A stretch of 40,643 nt of DNA, taken from the sequence record SRR31156797_8524, one strand, 5' to 3'. Both the position numbers and the translations under genes were made by a program. This document shows, in pieces, positions 38,614-40,643 of this stretch. Numbering within the stretch: position 1 is the first letter of the stretch; every line of letters starts with the position of its first letter. A model generated the notes under the pieces. It saw nothing but the letters and a program-made list of their open reading frames with translations. It did no database searches and had not been told where the DNA came from.

Positions 38614-38725
38614 TATCTTCGGACGGCACCCCATGTTAATCAAGCACAAGGGTAAGATTGAAAGCCATAATGGTCAAGAATTGAAAACCGCATCTAAACT
38701 TCAAAATCCTCAAGGAGGAGCAAGC

Positions 38726-40643
38726 ATGACAAAAATGAAACTGGGAGCAAAAATCGCATTGGGGTTTGGTATTCTGATTGTAATTGTCGGTATCCTGGGT
38801 GCCGTGGGCGTCATTCAAATGGGCACCGTGGAAACCGAAACCGGCAAGCTTGCCGAAGAGTATATCCCGGAAGTGACCATGGCGGGTGATTTGCGCGGAA
38901 ACGCCAACCGGGTCATGTACGCCATGCGCGGGTACGGGTTAACAGAGAACCCGCAATTGTATGATGAGGCTCAGATGGGGCTTCAGGCCGTCGAAAATGC
39001 CCTTGAAGAGGGGCGGCAGCTTGAAAAAAGATCAACGCACCTCAAAGCGCTGAAAGGGCAACTGGCGGTTGCCGCCAAGGCGGTTGAAGAATACAAGGAT
39101 CTTGCTAAGCGGTCCGTCCAAACGGTGGCCAAAATACAGGACAACCGGAAAATCCTTGATGAATCGGCCGAAAAGTATATGTCCAATTCCAATGATTTTC
39201 TGGCGGGCCAGAATGAGGCATTCATAAAGGATTTGGCCCAACGGCAGAAAAAAGTGGAGATCGTCACCGACATCCTCAACCTTGGCACACAGGTGCGCGT
39301 CAACAACTTTAAAGCCCAGGCCACAAACGACATGGGGCTCATGATGGAGGCCATCAACCTTCTGGGGGAACTCAAGAAGTACACGGAACAACTGAGACCT
39401 ATCACCATGGGTTCAGAAGATATCAAACGGATCGACAACGTGGAATCGTCTGCCAAAAAATATCTGGAGAACATGGGAGACTTCCTTCAAACCAACAACG
39501 AGATGGTTGCCTCCGGACAGCAAATGGATGCCGAAGCCGCCAAATACATGAAAAACTGCAGCGATTTCTTAACCGGTCAGAATCTGAAAATGCAGAGAGA
39601 TTTTTCAGAGGCGGGTGCCAACCTTTCTGAACGTCTGGATAAAATTACCCTGATCAACACCATCATTTACCTGGGAAATGAAGTCCGTACCATGAATTTC
39701 AAAGCCCAGGCCACACAAGATCTTAACCTCATGGGATTAGCCGCAACAAATTTCAAGAAAGTGAATAAAGTTACCGAAGAGTTGCGGTCCATCACCCACG
39801 ATGCCGCAGACATCAAGCGCATTGAAGAAATTGAAACCGCGGCTCAAGACTATCTTTCAGCCATGGAAGACTACATGAAAAACTTTGCCGCATTTAACAC
39901 AATCCGGGGAGCCATGGATGAGGCGGCCGGGCAGTATGTGACCCAGTGTGAAGCGTATCTGACTGGGCAACAGAAAGAACTGGCCAAGAACATGGATGAG
40001 CGTAGAGCCAAGATCACCCTGGTCAACGACATCATTGACCTGGGAAATGATGTGAGGGCTAAAGCCGACAAATCCCAGGCCCTTCGAAACCCCGCCGTCA
40101 TGGCAGACGGTCTCAAAAATTTTCCGAAGATTGAGGCAAAGCTTCAGGATTTGAGGAACATCACGCGAAAGGACGTGGATCTCAAACGGATTACCGAAGT
40201 TGAGGCCGCAGGGAATTCTTACAAAGTCGCCATGACCAACTTTTTGACCAACTGGCTTCACAACGAGGACCTCGGCAAAAAACGTAGGGATGCGGGTAAT
40301 GTTGTGCTTGAAGCCTGCAATACTACGGCCGATGCCGGTATTCAAGCCACCAACCAAACCGCCGATGACATTATGACGCTCCTTCATAGGTCTTCCCGGA
40401 TCATGATGGCCGGAATGATCGCGGCCATTGTGTTCGGAATATTGATCGCTTTCTTCATCACTCGAAGCATCACCGGTCCCATCAGACGGATCATTAGGGG
40501 GCTCAGCGATGGATCAGAGCAGGTGGCTTCCGCCTCCGGACAGGTATCCGCCGGCAGCCAGTCCCTGGCTGAAGGTTCGGCCGAACAGGCCGCATCCATT
40601 GAAGAAACATCCGCTTCCCTGGAAGAAATGTCGTCCATGACCC
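38726..40643 (+). CDS. Methyl-accepting chemotaxis protein (3'-truncated by the window, absent from the ORF track)
   Basis: AAGGAGGAG RBS; TM1 in MTKMKLGAKIALGFGILIVIVGILGAVG; long periplasmic region; TM2 near 40400-40460; then ITRSITGPI...SQSLAEGSAEQAASIEETSASLEEMSSMT. Confidence 0.92.
   Translation, partial: MTKMKLGAKIALGFGILIVIVGILGAVGVIQMGTVETETGKLAEEYIPEVTMAGDLRGNANRVMYAMRGYGLTENPQLYDEAQMGLQAVENALEEGRQLEKRSTHLKALKGQLAVAAKAVEEYKDLAKRSVQTVAKIQDNRKILDESAEKYMSNSNDFLAGQNEAFIKDLAQRQKKVEIVTDILNLGTQVRVNNFKAQATNDMGLMMEAINLLGELKKYTEQLRPITMGSEDIKRIDNVESSAKKYLENMGDFLQTNNEMVASGQQMDAEAAKYMKNCSDFLTGQNLKMQRDFSEAGANLSERLDKITLINTIIYLGNEVRTMNFKAQATQDLNLMGLAATNFKKVNKVTEELRSITHDAADIKRIEEIETAAQDYLSAMEDYMKNFAAFNTIRGAMDEAAGQYVTQCEAYLTGQQKELAKNMDERRAKITLVNDIIDLGNDVRAKADKSQALRNPAVMADGLKNFPKIEAKLQDLRNITRKDVDLKRITEVEAAGNSYKVAMTNFLTNWLHNEDLGKKRRDAGNVVLEACNTTADAGIQATNQTADDIMTLLHRSSRIMMAGMIAAIVFGILIAFFITRSITGPIRRIIRGLSDGSEQVASASGQVSAGSQSLAEGSAEQAASIEETSASLEEMSSMT

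Noticed and set aside
38983-40638. Several minus-strand ORFs at the right end
   Set aside because: They are antisense to the MCP gene, which the ORF track missed because it has no stop codon in the window.
1-40643. CRISPR arrays, IS elements, prophage, tRNA/rRNA, defence systems
   Set aside because: I saw no spaced direct repeats, transposase or integrase motifs, or structural RNA signatures. The periodic repeats found are all protein-coding.

Overview
This 40.6 kb window is a flagellar, chemotaxis and c-di-GMP gene neighbourhood. Gene content (sigma54 activators, hybrid kinase, HAMP-less MCP, FlgO lipoproteins) suggests a Desulfobacterota / deltaproteobacterial genome; that assignment is inference. 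Regulators: two sigma54 enhancer-binding proteins, two GGDEF cyclases, an HD-GYP protein, a PilZ protein, an HDOD protein and a hybrid kinase. Motor and export genes: two stator sets, fliL, FlhB-C-like and FliK-like genes and two FlgO paralogues. Also present are three peptidoglycan-remodelling enzymes, cheW, a MORN protein, and an MCP that runs off the right end. I found no rRNA, tRNA, CRISPR array or mobile element. The most unusual items are: (1) a CheY-receiver / NrtA-CmpA-NasS-type ligand-binding / CheW triple fusion next to cheW and a cNMP-binding gene; (2) three HPD J-domain proteins, one fused to a receiver domain and one to four MshEN-like c-di-GMP-binding repeats; (3) a CheX-CheX-FliN switch protein; (4) an NlpC/P60-like protein with a duplicated N-terminal domain; (5) a sigma70 > sigma54 > sigma28 promoter hierarchy with recurring GTCA-N6-TGAC boxes. 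All domain calls come from motif recognition by eye, not database searches.
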